From an uncultured Veillonellaceae bacterium (GTDB lineage: Bacteria > Bacillota > Negativicutes > UBA1444): DNA of 64,000 bases. The stretch's first letter is position 1. Every line of letters starts with the position of its first letter. Shown piece by piece: positions 1-10,211 of this stretch. A program made the position numbers and the translations under genes. The notes below the pieces were generated by a model. It was not told the origin of the DNA and ran no database searches. It saw only the letters and a list, made by a program, of their open reading frames with translations. The stretch lies in assembly GCA_964601085.1 (NCBI GenBank), contig CAZRLN010000003.1, forward strand, positions 28,192 through 92,191. Reading direction: 5' to 3'.

Positions 1-672
1 GGGCGGTGCTGACCAAGCTGGAAAACAACAGGACCAACAACGGAAACGGTTCGAAGGCGCCCGGGAAACTCCAGACGGGATTGAAAAAGAAGCCGGTGAG
101 GAGCAAGCCGACAGAAGCCAGTACATGGCTATATGCCGTTACCACCAACGGCGACAGAAGTGTCGTGCTTTTTTTTACGAACAGCGAACCGATTACAAAC
201 GTTAGGGTGGCAACGAACATGAAAGCATCTCCCAATAAGGTGGATTCCCCTTGGGAGGCGCCGGAAACCACGAGCGCTACACCGCCGAACCCCAGCAAAA
301 TTCCGAGTCCTTTGGACAGAGTAAATGATTCTTTCATCAGAGCGCTGGATAACAGAGCCGTCAGCATCGGGTTCAAAGCCAGGATCAATGACGCGTGATT
401 GCTGCTGGTCAAGGAGATTCCCCAAGACAAAGTGATTTGATGCAGAAAAATGGAGAAGGTCGCAACGCCAATAAGCGACCACACGGTGGAACGCGGCGGT
501 TTGGCATAGCCGTGCTTGTATAAAACGACCGGCAGTAACAAGCAACTGGCAAGGGCGAGACGAATCGGCGCCAGGGCCAGCGGCGGGTAAAATTTCGTCA
601 GATACTTGATCATCACGACATTGATGCCCCAGAGCAGGACGACACTCAGCAGCAGGACAAAAATCATATTGT
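1..672 (-). CDS. EamA/DMT-family transporter, N-terminal part; gene continues past the window start
   Basis: Reverse-complement from ATG at 672-670 reads MIFVLLLSVVLLWGINVVMIKYLTKFYPPLALAPIRLALAS..., hydrophobic and EamA-like. Absent from the ORF track because it has no stop inside the window. Track ORFs 6..398(+) and 129..545(-) are probably spurious. Confidence 0.5.
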
Positions 673-839
673 TGTTTTTTAGTTTACCCAAAGAGACACC
701 GCCATCAACGAGGATTGTTTCTTAACACCTTACAATATTGTATCATCTTTTGTCGGCCAACAGGCAACGAACAACCCCTGCCAACCCGAATGGATCGGCA
801 GGGGTTGAAGAGACCAAAGACGGTTGAGCCTGTATGATA

Positions 840-2132
840 TTAATACCAACCGATATGCAATTTAAAAAGAATCAAGATATAGCAGACACCAAGAACGGCA
901 GCTGTCGGCCAGAATGCATAGCCGATCCAGCGGCCCCAACCAACTTTGGAACCAAATTTCTCCATGCTGCTATAGGCGACAACGTTGGCGGAAGCGCCAA
1001 TCGGTGTGATGTTGCCGCCGATGTCTACACCGAGAGCCAAAGACCAAACCATGATGGGCAATGCGAGCATATTGCTGGTTTGTGAAATATCCTTCAAAAT
1101 GACTCCCATGGTCAGAGCCAATGGAACATTGTCGACGACACCGCTGGTATAGCCGGCGCCAAACAGGAGAAAGGCCAGAAGAATATAGGGGTTCCCGCCG
1201 GACAGGGATACCATGCTGTCAGCCAAAAATTTGATGACATGGGTTTTTTCCAGACCGCCGACGATGACAAACAGACCGATGAAGAACAACAAGACATCGA
1301 GGTCAATTCGATGAATGATATCGTGGGTTTTATGACCACCGAGCAAAATGGTGATTATAGCCGGAATCAAGGCGGCTTCAGCGACAGAAATGTGGATGCC
1401 AAACTGATGTGCAATGAGCGTGTGCGTAGTCAACAGGATAATGGCGACGCCAAAACCAGCCAATCCAATTTTGAGCAAATACCGATCTTTGATCTTATCG
1501 GAAGGCCGCAATCCATCGGAAGCCACGCAGGCCGCGCTCGATGCGGCAATATTTTTCTTTTCTTTAAGATAAAACATGAAAACACAGAGAATGGCGCCGA
1601 TAACGGCGATAGGGGCGGTATGTGTGACGAAATCGTTGAAAGTGAAACCCAGCATTGTGCCGAGAATAACATTGGGAGGATCGCCGACTAGAGTCGCCGA
1701 GCCGCCGATGTTCGCCCCGCAGACCTCCGCGACGACCAGAGGAATCGGATTCATATCGACGCAACGGGAAATCTCGTAGGTCAAGCTGACCAAAAACAAC
1801 ATAACGGTGATGCTATCGATGAAAGCGGCAAGAAAAGCCGCGAGCAGAGGAAAAACGATAAAAATAGCCGCTGCTTTGTAGTTCAATTTTTCAGCAACCC
1901 ATAGGGCGAGAAATTGAAAGAAACCGGCTTCGGACAAGATTGCGACCAGAGAGAACATGCCGAACAACAGCCCAATTGTTTCCCAACTGACGAAAGCCAT
2001 TGCTTCATTGATGTTCATGACGCCAAAAACCAACATGGCAACGGCGCCGGTGAGCGCAACAATGGTACGGGGGATTTTGTCAATGATAAGGACGATAAAG
2101 GTGATCAAGAAAATAGAACCTGATAAAAGCAT
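840..2132 (-). CDS. ArsB/NhaD-superfamily anion permease (membrane transporter)
   Basis: Polytopic hydrophobic 430-aa protein. AGGAGG lies 7 nt before an internal ATG (MLLSGSIF...), so the start is placed at 2132 rather than 2207. Confidence 0.75.
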   Translation of the reverse strand: MLLSGSIFLITFIVLIIDKIPRTIVALTGAVAMLVFGVMNINEAMAFVSWETIGLLFGMFSLVAILSEAGFFQFLALWVAEKLNYKAAAIFIVFPLLAAFLAAFIDSITVMLFLVSLTYEISRCVDMNPIPLVVAEVCGANIGGSATLVGDPPNVILGTMLGFTFNDFVTHTAPIAVIGAILCVFMFYLKEKKNIAASSAACVASDGLRPSDKIKDRYLLKIGLAGFGVAIILLTTHTLIAHQFGIHISVAEAALIPAIITILLGGHKTHDIIHRIDLDVLLFFIGLFVIVGGLEKTHVIKFLADSMVSLSGGNPYILLAFLLFGAGYTSGVVDNVPLALTMGVILKDISQTSNMLALPIMVWSLALGVDIGGNITPIGASANVVAYSSMEKFGSKVGWGRWIGYAFWPTAAVLGVCYILILFKLHIGWY

Positions 2133-2469
2133 GATGATTCCTCCTGACTCGATTTTTCTTGCGTACGGCAAAAAAAAACCGCTGCCGTCCGCCTTAGCTT
2201 GCGGCAATGTGTAGAAGAAGGTCGGTACAGTTGGGCAAACGGGTGTTTGCTTCTACCATTGCACTATCTTTCCGCTTTTCCTCCTTTCCTACGGATTATT
2301 TATAAAACTAGCCGCATGCGGCGTCTCGACGAAAACAAGAACCTCATAAGATAAACCCATTTATTATATTGGATGAATGATGAGAAAATCCTGTCAAGTT
2401 TAAACTTGTCTTACAAATATTTTTTTTGAAATACTGCGTTGCTATGAATGTATACAAAATAATGTATCT

Positions 2470-3348
2470 TCACGTTTGAGCGCCGCCTGACGACTCGGGA
2501 GCCGGGCGAAACATTTCAATAAAATGCAATGCGGCAGTAGAGAGGGGGTACTTTTTGCGCCAAATTACGGCTCCTGTAGTGACGAGAGCCGGAATTAAAA
2601 TTTTTCGTACCAATAAAGGACTGCCCTGTAACAGGTTGATCGCCGACTCGGGGACAATGGCCACACCGAGGCCAAGTCTTGCCCAGATCAACAAAGGGGT
2701 GACATCGTCGCTGATGCAGAGAATGTTCCGGCAGTATTCAATGACAAAAGGTTCATATCGACGGTGAATCAGTAAAGGGATATCGGCCAGGTCGGCGATA
2801 TGGAGTGGGGTTTCTCCTGCCGGTAGATATTTTTCGGGGGCTGAGACAACGACCATGTTCTCGTTTGGCAAGGAAATGAAGTTATACACGGTTTCATTGA
2901 TGGGAAGACGAACCAAGCCGATTTCAATAAGACCGGACTCCAGAAGTTCCAGAATGCGTCGCGTATCTCCTTGCCGCAGATCAAAAGCTACGCGCGGATA
3001 CACTAAATGGTACTTTTGAATATACTCCGGAAGAAGGGAGCGACCGGAAGAAGTGATGGTACCAATCGTCAACTTGCCTCGCAGTCCATCCGCGGCTTCC
3101 TGCACTTCATCGACAGCCGTTTTCATCAGGGACATTATTTGTTCGGCGCGATTTTGCAATGCGCGGCCCGCTTCCGTGAGAACGACCTGTTTTTTGCTTC
3201 TCTGGAACAGTTGGACTCCCAGTTCGTTTTCCAGCAAGATAATCTGTTGACTTAGCGGCGGCTGGGTAATATTCATCCGCTCCGCAGCCTTGGTGATATG
3301 GCCCTCATCAGCTACCGCCAAAAAGTATTTAAGTTGACGAAATTCCAT
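2470..3348 (-). CDS. LysR-family transcriptional regulator
   Basis: N-terminus MEFRQLKYFLAVADEGHITKAAERMNITQPPLSQQI is the canonical LysR HTH; ~290 aa. Confidence 0.9.
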   Translation of the reverse strand: MEFRQLKYFLAVADEGHITKAAERMNITQPPLSQQIILLENELGVQLFQRSKKQVVLTEAGRALQNRAEQIMSLMKTAVDEVQEAADGLRGKLTIGTITSSGRSLLPEYIQKYHLVYPRVAFDLRQGDTRRILELLESGLIEIGLVRLPINETVYNFISLPNENMVVVSAPEKYLPAGETPLHIADLADIPLLIHRRYEPFVIEYCRNILCISDDVTPLLIWARLGLGVAIVPESAINLLQGSPLLVRKILIPALVTTGAVIWRKKYPLSTAALHFIEMFRPAPESSGGAQT

Positions 3349-3960
3349 GAGTACACTCCTTGAAGATACAGTCGAAATTCATATGAAATCAAGTTGAAAG
3401 AGATATTTTCCATATTGATTTGAACTTGCTATAATCAAAATGCAAAAGTATAAGCGAGTCAAGGAAAAAGAAAAAACACTTCGACAAACAAAATTAAAGC
3501 CGAAGCGCTCGGCGATTCCGCACAAAAGGCTTCAACAACAAAATTTAACCATGTTTGGTGCAGTTTCTTTAAATGCTAAAGACACTGCATTTTTTTTGTT
3601 CAATTATTTCCCACTTGATGGTAGCACTTTTTTGCCAAAAGAACAAGTCTTGCACAAAATGTCATAAACTGTTCTCGGATTCCGATCTGTGCGCCACAGC
3701 TAATCCTCAACATTCAAAATGCAGTGGCCATAAGAATAACCCATATATGGCGTTCAAAATAGATGCTCAAGAAAAGAAAAATACATTTTCCTGTTTATTT
3801 ATAAAGGGTTTTTCCGTTCTGTGTCAAATAGATAGAAATTGTGTAAACAAACCATGACGCTGTTTCTTTTGCATCAATGGGGCTCAAAATTGGGAGGTGA
3901 CGGTCGAGGATAAATGGTCTTACCGAGTGTAGTAATGAAGCGTAGGCGAGGGGGAGAAAA

Positions 3961-5136
3961 ATGAAAAACTGTTTTCAGGCAAAGAAATTTCTGCTTTTAC
4001 TATCGCTGACTGTGCTTGTCGCCAGCCTTGCGATTGCCGGTTGCGGTGACAGCGGCGCAAAAAATATTAAAATTGGCATGGTGTATGAACTGACAGGGAA
4101 TACGGCATCGTATGGAACATCCGCTGCAAATGGCGCGAAGCTGGCCTTTAAGGCGATCAATGCCAACGGCGGCGTTCTGGGAAAACAGATTCAGATTGTT
4201 TCGGCCGATAATAAAGGTGAACCGTCCGAATCGGCCAATGCCATGACGAAAGTTATTACTCAGGATAAAGTCGTTGCAGTTACCGGCGTCACAGTCAGCT
4301 CGTGCGGCATTGCCGCATCGGCGGTGGCGGAAGACAACAAAATTCCCTTCGTGGCGGCGGCGGCGGTCAATCCCAAGGTTACCGTCGATGAGCGGACCGG
4401 CAAGGTGAAGAATTACACTTTCCGGGCCTGTTTTATCGATTCCTTTCAGGGGATTGTCGGCGTAAATTTCGCAATGAACAGTTTGAAAGCCAAAAATGTG
4501 GCGATTATGACCGATAGTTCCAGTGACTATAGCAAAGGGCTTACTGGAATTTTCAAAAGCGCCTTTTCCAGCAAAGGCGGCAAGATTGTTGCAGAAGAGG
4601 CCTATTTGCAGAAAGACCAGGATTATAAAGCGGTTCTGACCAAAATTAAAGCCAAAAACCCGGACTTGTTGTATATTCCCGGTTATTATGAAGATGTCGG
4701 CAAAATTATCAAACAGGCGCGCGAACTGGGAATGATGATTCCCGTTCTCGGCGCGGATGCCTGGGATTCTCCGGTGTTGGTAGAATTGGCCGGGCCACAG
4801 GCTCTGAATAATACGTTCTTTACGAACTTTTACTCAACCGAGGACAAGAACCCGATTTCCAATAATTTTGTAGAATCTTATAAGAAAGAATATGGCGCGA
4901 TTCCCGATTCCATGGCGGCCATGGGCTATGATGCGGCGAATCTGCTGGTCGATGCGATCCGTCGGGCCAACAGCACTGAATCGGCAAAAATTCGGGAGGC
5001 ATTGTCCGCAACCAAAAACTTTAAGAGCGTGAGCGGCGAGATGAGCCTGAATGAAACCCACGATGCCGTGCGCGGCGTCGTCATTATTGAGATGAAGAAC
5101 GGGAAACAAGTTTATAAAGAGACAATCAAACCCTAA
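3961..5136 (+). CDS. ABC-transporter substrate-binding lipoprotein, branched-chain amino acid (LivJ/LivK)-like; orphan
   Basis: Signal peptide plus lipobox (LAIAGCGDSG); type-I periplasmic binding fold. RBS GAGGGGGAG upstream. No permease or ATPase genes adjacent. Confidence 0.8.
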   Translation: MKNCFQAKKFLLLLSLTVLVASLAIAGCGDSGAKNIKIGMVYELTGNTASYGTSAANGAKLAFKAINANGGVLGKQIQIVSADNKGEPSESANAMTKVITQDKVVAVTGVTVSSCGIAASAVAEDNKIPFVAAAAVNPKVTVDERTGKVKNYTFRACFIDSFQGIVGVNFAMNSLKAKNVAIMTDSSSDYSKGLTGIFKSAFSSKGGKIVAEEAYLQKDQDYKAVLTKIKAKNPDLLYIPGYYEDVGKIIKQARELGMMIPVLGADAWDSPVLVELAGPQALNNTFFTNFYSTEDKNPISNNFVESYKKEYGAIPDSMAAMGYDAANLLVDAIRRANSTESAKIREALSATKNFKSVSGEMSLNETHDAVRGVVIIEMKNGKQVYKETIKP

Positions 5137-5157
5137 CCTTCCGAATCAGCGAAAATA

Positions 5158-5205
5158 AAAATGCAAGAGATCGTTGCGCGTCAACATTCTCTTGCATTTT
5201 TATTT
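5158..5205. terminator. Bidirectional rho-independent terminator hairpin between the binding-protein gene and the GGDEF gene
   Basis: aaaaatgcaagaga...tctcttgcattttt inverted repeat flanked by A/T runs. Confidence 0.5.
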
Positions 5206-6342
5206 TTCAGCTGTATTTGCGTTGGGGGCATCCGAAGACTTGTGACGCTTTTCTCGATACATTTCCTGATCGACCATCGCCAGAAATTGCTCAGGAGTTT
5301 GGTTCGACTGTGGATCATAGATTGCATGGCCGATGCTTAGGGTCAGGCGGAAAGGTTTGCCGCTGCATTGATTGAATTGTTCAAAGTTCTGGCGGATCCG
5401 ATCTACCAGGTGCTGCAAGGCTTCTTCGGAGCCAATCCGTGTCAATATCAAAAACTCATCACCGCCGTACCGGGCCAGAAAATCCTCATGCCGCAATGCT
5501 TGACGCAGCAGCTGGGCCGTTTGCACCAACGCTTCATCGCCGACCAGATGTCCAAACGTATCGTTGATCCCTTTGAAATTGTTGATGTCGATCATAATGG
5601 CCGAGATTTCGGGATGATCGGAGGATTGGATGCAGGAACGCAGTTGTTGGTCAATCTGCAATCGGTTGAATGCTTTTGTCAGGTAATCAAGCCCAAGTTG
5701 GCGATTTTGTATATAGATATAACAAACCAATAAGGACAGGGACACGCTTGGCCAGGCCAGGCCGGTGCCATAATAGCATACCTGCAATAATCCGCCGATG
5801 AACGGGATGATATGAAAGAACAGCAAAGGGCGGAGAAAAACCGGATCGAGCTGTTGTCGCGCCCGATACGTACGGAGCAGGGCATAGGCAAGGTAGGAAT
5901 AACTCAGCAGCGTGTCCAGCAGAAAAAATGGTTCCCGTTGATATGCCCCGTTGGCATCCAGACTGAAGAAAACCGGAAAAAACAGGTTAACGGCGACTAA
6001 TGTTTCAACCGCCAGTAGCGGCAGCAGACGCAACAGGCGATGCTGTTTCAGCTGTTCCCGCGTGAAGCCCAGCTGATAATCGGTATACAAACTCCAGAGG
6101 TAACCAGGGACTGCGTGTAAAGAAAAACAAGCGGTATTCCAGTAAAATTTCCAATGTCCGGAAGAGTACCAACTCGCCGCCTCGGTTCCCAGCAGCAAGG
6201 TGCATGAAACGATAAGCAAGCGAAACAACCGGAAAGAATACTCCTGCCAGTTGATGCGATTTTTCGTGTCGACATAAATGATCATGCAGACCGACATGGC
6301 AAGCAAATGAACTTGAATGCGGATAAATGCTTCATTTACCAT
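5200..6342 (-). CDS. Membrane-anchored diguanylate cyclase (GGDEF domain)
   Basis: N-terminal multi-TM region; C-terminal RYGGDEFLIL active-site motif. Confidence 0.8.
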   Translation of the reverse strand: MVNEAFIRIQVHLLAMSVCMIIYVDTKNRINWQEYSFRLFRLLIVSCTLLLGTEAASWYSSGHWKFYWNTACFSLHAVPGYLWSLYTDYQLGFTREQLKQHRLLRLLPLLAVETLVAVNLFFPVFFSLDANGAYQREPFFLLDTLLSYSYLAYALLRTYRARQQLDPVFLRPLLFFHIIPFIGGLLQVCYYGTGLAWPSVSLSLLVCYIYIQNRQLGLDYLTKAFNRLQIDQQLRSCIQSSDHPEISAIMIDINNFKGINDTFGHLVGDEALVQTAQLLRQALRHEDFLARYGGDEFLILTRIGSEEALQHLVDRIRQNFEQFNQCSGKPFRLTLSIGHAIYDPQSNQTPEQFLAMVDQEMYREKRHKSSDAPNANTAEK

Positions 6343-6388
6343 GATTGCATTTTACTACCAACTGCTGTCGGTGTAAATTGTGGAATGT

Positions 6389-7225
6389 TTACGGCACTGT
6401 ACGAATGTGAACCGTTGCCGACTTTCCGGCCTGTAGCGCCTCGTTCGCTTCGGCGCCGTCGATTGGAATACGGGCCTGAAAGGCAACTACTTGATTTTCC
6501 TTCAGTTCGGGCAGAATACTGATCACCGCACTCGGAAAAGTTTGTCCCGCTATTTCGATAACAGCCGGCGCACCCAAGGGAACCTTGTACAATTCATCCT
6601 GGGCCAGCGAAACGACTGCTTCCAGCTTATTGCCGCTGCCGATTGAGAGGATTCGTTGATCGGCTTGCACCGCGGCCTCGGCATTGACCGCCAATCCGGC
6701 AACAATGCCGGCGATCGGCGCATTGGCTGTCGCTAAAGTAATGCGCCCGGGCGAAGTTGCCGATGATGGGGACGCGTCTTCGCTTTTTGGGGATGGCGCT
6801 TGGGCGCCGGTGGCGTTTTCCCATTCCCGACGGGATATGATGCCCTGTTCATAGAGCTTTTTGAGCCGTTCGGAATCCACTTTTTTGGTTCCGGTTGGAT
6901 CACTGGCGTTCGCCGCAGGTGTCACGCGATATTCCACTTTGAATAAGGCTTGGCCGGCTTGGACCAGTTGACCGTTTTTCACATAGACTTCGACGATTTT
7001 GCCGGCAAATCCGCTATTGACGGGTAAAAGCGTCGCATTTTCAATGACTCCGGTTCGGATAATTACCAATTTGTCTTGATCCGTGTCGGCCGGGAGCTCG
7101 GACCTGACTGGCGGAATAGTCGGCTCAGGGGAAGACGGATAACGGGTCGTGAACACGAACAAGCCAATCGCAACAAGTGCGACGAAAGCGACAATTTTTT
7201 GGTTTTGGTGTAGCCATTTTTTCAT
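6389..7225 (-). CDS. Membrane-fusion (HlyD/efflux periplasmic adaptor)-like protein, orphan
   Basis: N-terminal TM anchor, biotin-lipoyl-like and beta-barrel-like segments, Pro/Ser-rich linker. No pump partner adjacent. Confidence 0.45.
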   Translation of the reverse strand: MKKWLHQNQKIVAFVALVAIGLFVFTTRYPSSPEPTIPPVRSELPADTDQDKLVIIRTGVIENATLLPVNSGFAGKIVEVYVKNGQLVQAGQALFKVEYRVTPAANASDPTGTKKVDSERLKKLYEQGIISRREWENATGAQAPSPKSEDASPSSATSPGRITLATANAPIAGIVAGLAVNAEAAVQADQRILSIGSGNKLEAVVSLAQDELYKVPLGAPAVIEIAGQTFPSAVISILPELKENQVVAFQARIPIDGAEANEALQAGKSATVHIRTVP

Positions 7226-7317
7226 GCGGGATTCTCCGTTTCATGCAATGCATACATCCTCTCACTTTTTATTTTTGACGTCAAGTGGGGTTGGGTGTAT
7301 GATAAAAGGCATCGGCA

Positions 7318-7998
7318 ATGAAAAACGAATCGAGGAAAAACTGTCGCATGCCAGAATTCAAGAAGTTATCCGGAAAACAGCAAGGAACAGGCGAGAAAAG
7401 AGTTGCAGTGCGGCATTTGCCGACTCTGATTGCAACGATCTTTGCTTTGGCTTTTTTTGCATTGACCTTCGTTCGACCCAACTCCACCTTCGCGGTGTCG
7501 TTCAATCAGCCGACGGCGACTACCATCCCGACGACGGTTACTCCAACACGGAATGAAGCCGGCCCCGTCCGAGTCGACAATCTCGCCAGGACGCCTTCCA
7601 TTTGGCCGGTGACTGGCGTGGTGACATCGACTTTCGGTTGGCGAAAATCGCCATTCGAAGACGGTAAAGAATTGCATGCCGGCATCGATATCGCCGTCCA
7701 CCTAGGCGCACCGGTGGTGGCGACGGCCGATGGGAAGGTCGTGCAGAGCGGGCCAGCCGGCGGGTATGGAAATTTGGTGCAACTGGATCACGGCAATGGC
7801 ATCGCAACCCTCTACGGGCATAATTCGCAATTGGCGGTTCAGGTTGGCCAGATAGTGAAAAAGGGGCAGGTGATTTCCTATGCCGGCAGCACGGGAAAAA
7901 GCACCGGTCCCCATGTGCATTATGAAATCCGGAAAAATGATACCGCGATCGATCCCTGGACCTATTTGATCGTGTACAAAAGCGCCCGAAAGAGCTGA
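7318..7998 (+). CDS. M23 family metallopeptidase (LytM-like peptidoglycan hydrolase)
   Basis: HAGIDIA...GNLVQLDHGNG...GSTGKSTGPHVHYEIR motifs; N-terminal TM segment. Confidence 0.85.
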   Translation: MKNESRKNCRMPEFKKLSGKQQGTGEKRVAVRHLPTLIATIFALAFFALTFVRPNSTFAVSFNQPTATTIPTTVTPTRNEAGPVRVDNLARTPSIWPVTGVVTSTFGWRKSPFEDGKELHAGIDIAVHLGAPVVATADGKVVQSGPAGGYGNLVQLDHGNGIATLYGHNSQLAVQVGQIVKKGQVISYAGSTGKSTGPHVHYEIRKNDTAIDPWTYLIVYKSARKS

Positions 7999-8026
7999 AA
8001 CGATTCTGACAAGAAAATATACTGAA

Positions 8027-8050
8027 ACAAACAGCCCGCGAAAATCGCGG
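8027..8050. terminator. Palindromic terminator cagcccgcgaaaatcgcgggctg, between convergent genes
   Basis: Perfect 9-bp stem with a 5-nt loop. A near-identical copy lies at 10038-10060. Confidence 0.5.
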
Positions 8051-8152
8051 GCTGTAATCATTATGCCGGTTGTCATGGGAGATGCTGACGTTTTATTAAA
8101 GCAGTTCTCAACACAGATTCGAAAAATGCGGCCCATGATATGCCGACATCAT

Positions 8153-9373
8153 CTAACAGGAAGCGTTCTTGTGTCGATGGATCGCATCGCTCATCCGATG
8201 CAACCCTTTTTCGATGATCGCCCGCGGCATTGCCAAATTCAAACGGACAAAGCCCTTCGCGTTGCCGACAAACATGGCATCGCCACCCTCCAGCAAAACA
8301 CCGGCCTGGTTGGCAAAAAACATCGGCAAATCCTCCACATCGGGCAAGCAGCGGTTCAAATCCACCCAGGCGAGATAGGTAGCCTCCGGGGTGCGGCAGA
8401 TGGCGCCCGGAAGGTGGGTGGCGAGATACTCGGTCACCAGCCGGAAATTATCATCCAAGTAGCCTTTGAGTTGCTCCAGCCAATCGCCGCCGCACTCGTA
8501 AGCGGCCTGCGTCGCCGCGAGCGAGAGAGGATTGACCAGCCCGATCAGCCGATCATGCGCAGCCATCTGGTTTCGGACCTCGGCATCACGGACAATGATG
8601 TTGGAAAACATCAGTCCGGCCAGGTTGAAGGTCTTGCTGGCCGCCATGCAGGTGATGAGTTTGGGATAGTCCGGCAGAACCTTGGCGGTGGGAATGTGTT
8701 TTTTGCCCTGCCGAATCAGGTCGCAGTGGATTTCGTCGGAAATCAGCCACAGTCCGTACTTTTGCGCGATAGCGCCTACCCGCTCGGTTTCTTCCTCCGT
8801 CCACATCCTGCCGCTGGGGTTGTGCGGATTGCACCAGAGGAGGAGTTTCGTCTTGGGGTCCGCCGCTTTTCGTTCCAAATCTTCAAAATCAATGGTAAAC
8901 CAACCCTTGTCATAATTCAGGGGGGAACAAACCAATTCCCGGCTGTTGAAAACTGCGGCATGTTTGAAAAAACCGTAAGCTGGAGTGGTGATCAACAACT
9001 TTTCATCCGGCGCCACCAGATCGCCGACCAGTTCGTATAACGCGGGAATGATGCCGGGCGAGAATACCAGTTGTTCTTTGGGGAAGCTCCAGTCATATTG
9101 TTTGCGGCACCAAGCGGAAAATGCCTCGTAATAGCCGTTGTCGAACACTTGGCTATATCCGAAAATCCGTTTATCCACCCGGTCTTTGATGGCTTGGCAG
9201 ACTTCCGGCGGCGTGGCAAAGTCCATATCCGCAACCCACATCCGGATGAATTCATCATCCGGAAAGGGAAATTTCATTTCCGGACCGGCGTGAAAAATGT
9301 AGCTCCGGAATCCATCCGTATTCATTGCGTTTGTCTTTTTGCGGTCAATGATCTCGTCGAAATTGTAATTCAT
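8153..9373 (-). CDS. PLP-dependent C-S lyase / aminotransferase class I-II (MalY/PatB-type cystathionine beta-lyase)
   Basis: 406 aa; N-terminus MNYNFDEIIDRKKTNAMNTDGF typical of the PatB/MalY family. Confidence 0.8.
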   Translation of the reverse strand: MNYNFDEIIDRKKTNAMNTDGFRSYIFHAGPEMKFPFPDDEFIRMWVADMDFATPPEVCQAIKDRVDKRIFGYSQVFDNGYYEAFSAWCRKQYDWSFPKEQLVFSPGIIPALYELVGDLVAPDEKLLITTPAYGFFKHAAVFNSRELVCSPLNYDKGWFTIDFEDLERKAADPKTKLLLWCNPHNPSGRMWTEEETERVGAIAQKYGLWLISDEIHCDLIRQGKKHIPTAKVLPDYPKLITCMAASKTFNLAGLMFSNIIVRDAEVRNQMAAHDRLIGLVNPLSLAATQAAYECGGDWLEQLKGYLDDNFRLVTEYLATHLPGAICRTPEATYLAWVDLNRCLPDVEDLPMFFANQAGVLLEGGDAMFVGNAKGFVRLNLAMPRAIIEKGLHRMSDAIHRHKNASC

Positions 9374-9544
9374 TTTGTTTCTCCCTATCCCGATTTGCTT
9401 TATTCGCTTTCAACTTTGATTTCTCATTTCGCAAATCCTCGATAGCGTAATTATAAGGGCCAAGCGAATTGTGCACAAGCCGATTTGCGGCGTCGATGGT
9501 GAAGACTGGCCGGTTCCGGGCAATAGAAATAATAATGATATAAT

Positions 9545-10018
9545 ATGGCTAAGAGCACTGTGGAGGGCAAAATGAAAATAACTAAAATTGAAGATAATGA
9601 CTATATAAATTTCCTAGAACTGCTGCTCCTTGCCGATGAAGACCTAAAAATGATAGAGAAATATTTATATCGCGGCGAAATGTTTGCATTATATGATGAT
9701 AATTTAAAAAGTGTTTGCGTAGTTACGCACGAAAGCGATGATGTTTGTGAACTAAAAAATATCGCCACTTATGAAAAATGGCAGGGCAAAGGGTATGGAA
9801 GTAAACTTTTAAACCACATATTTTCGCATTACAAGGGCAAGTATACCACAATGCTTGTGGGAACCGGCGACATCTCATGGATAATAGAGTTTTACCAGAA
9901 AAATGGTTTTAGGCTCTCCCACAGGATTCATAACTTTTTTACCGACAACTACGGTCAGCCAATGTTTGAAGAGGGTGTTCAGTTGGTTGATATGGTTTAT
10001 CTACGTAAAATCTTATGA
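9545..10018 (+). CDS. GNAT family N-acetyltransferase
   Basis: 157 aa with the acetyl-CoA-binding signature [10 protein letters not shown]. Embedded in an AT-rich stretch (9400-10080) unlike its neighbours. Confidence 0.75.
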   Translation: MAKSTVEGKMKITKIEDNDYINFLELLLLADEDLKMIEKYLYRGEMFALYDDNLKSVCVVTHESDDVCELKNIATYEKWQGKGYGSKLLNHIFSHYKGKYTTMLVGTGDISWIIEFYQKNGFRLSHRIHNFFTDNYGQPMFEEGVQLVDMVYLRKIL

Positions 10019-10037
10019 GCCAACCCTTCCCATGCAT

Positions 10038-10060
10038 AGCAAAAAGCCCGCGAAATTCGC
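10038..10060. terminator. Palindromic terminator aagcccgcgaaattcgcgggctt
   Basis: Hairpin followed by a T-rich tract. Sister copy of the 8027-8050 hairpin. Confidence 0.5.
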
Positions 10061-10086
10061 GGGCTTTCATCGTGTGTGGATTTGAA

Positions 10087-10101
10087 TGGTGGAGGCGAGG
10101 G
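10087..10101. repeat. 15-nt direct repeat identical to the tmRNA gene 3' terminus (tggtggaggcgaggg), att-like
   Basis: Exact match to 21969-21983, the acceptor/CCA end of ssrA. Confidence 0.55.
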
Positions 10102-10211
10102 ATGCATATTTACAACCACAACCAAAAGAATTACGCTGTATGAACTGTATGGCAGCGGCAAAAGAGGGCGCTTCCGGGAGCTGCCGGACTAGTAGGGCCG
10201 GTATGAAACAG

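Noticed and set aside
3573-3857. Cys-rich 94-aa ORF in the leader upstream of the binding-protein gene
   Set aside because: AT-rich leader, no RBS, odd composition. Probably non-coding; the cis-regulatory interpretation is kept as a low-interest finding.
3880-3910. Possible T-box motif (aaattgggaggtgacggtcgagg)
   Set aside because: Only partial resemblance to the AGGGUGGNACCGCG core, and no downstream terminator/antiterminator with a U-run.
8063-9040. 325-aa + strand ORF
   Set aside because: Antisense to the PatB-type aminotransferase; low-complexity, no RBS.
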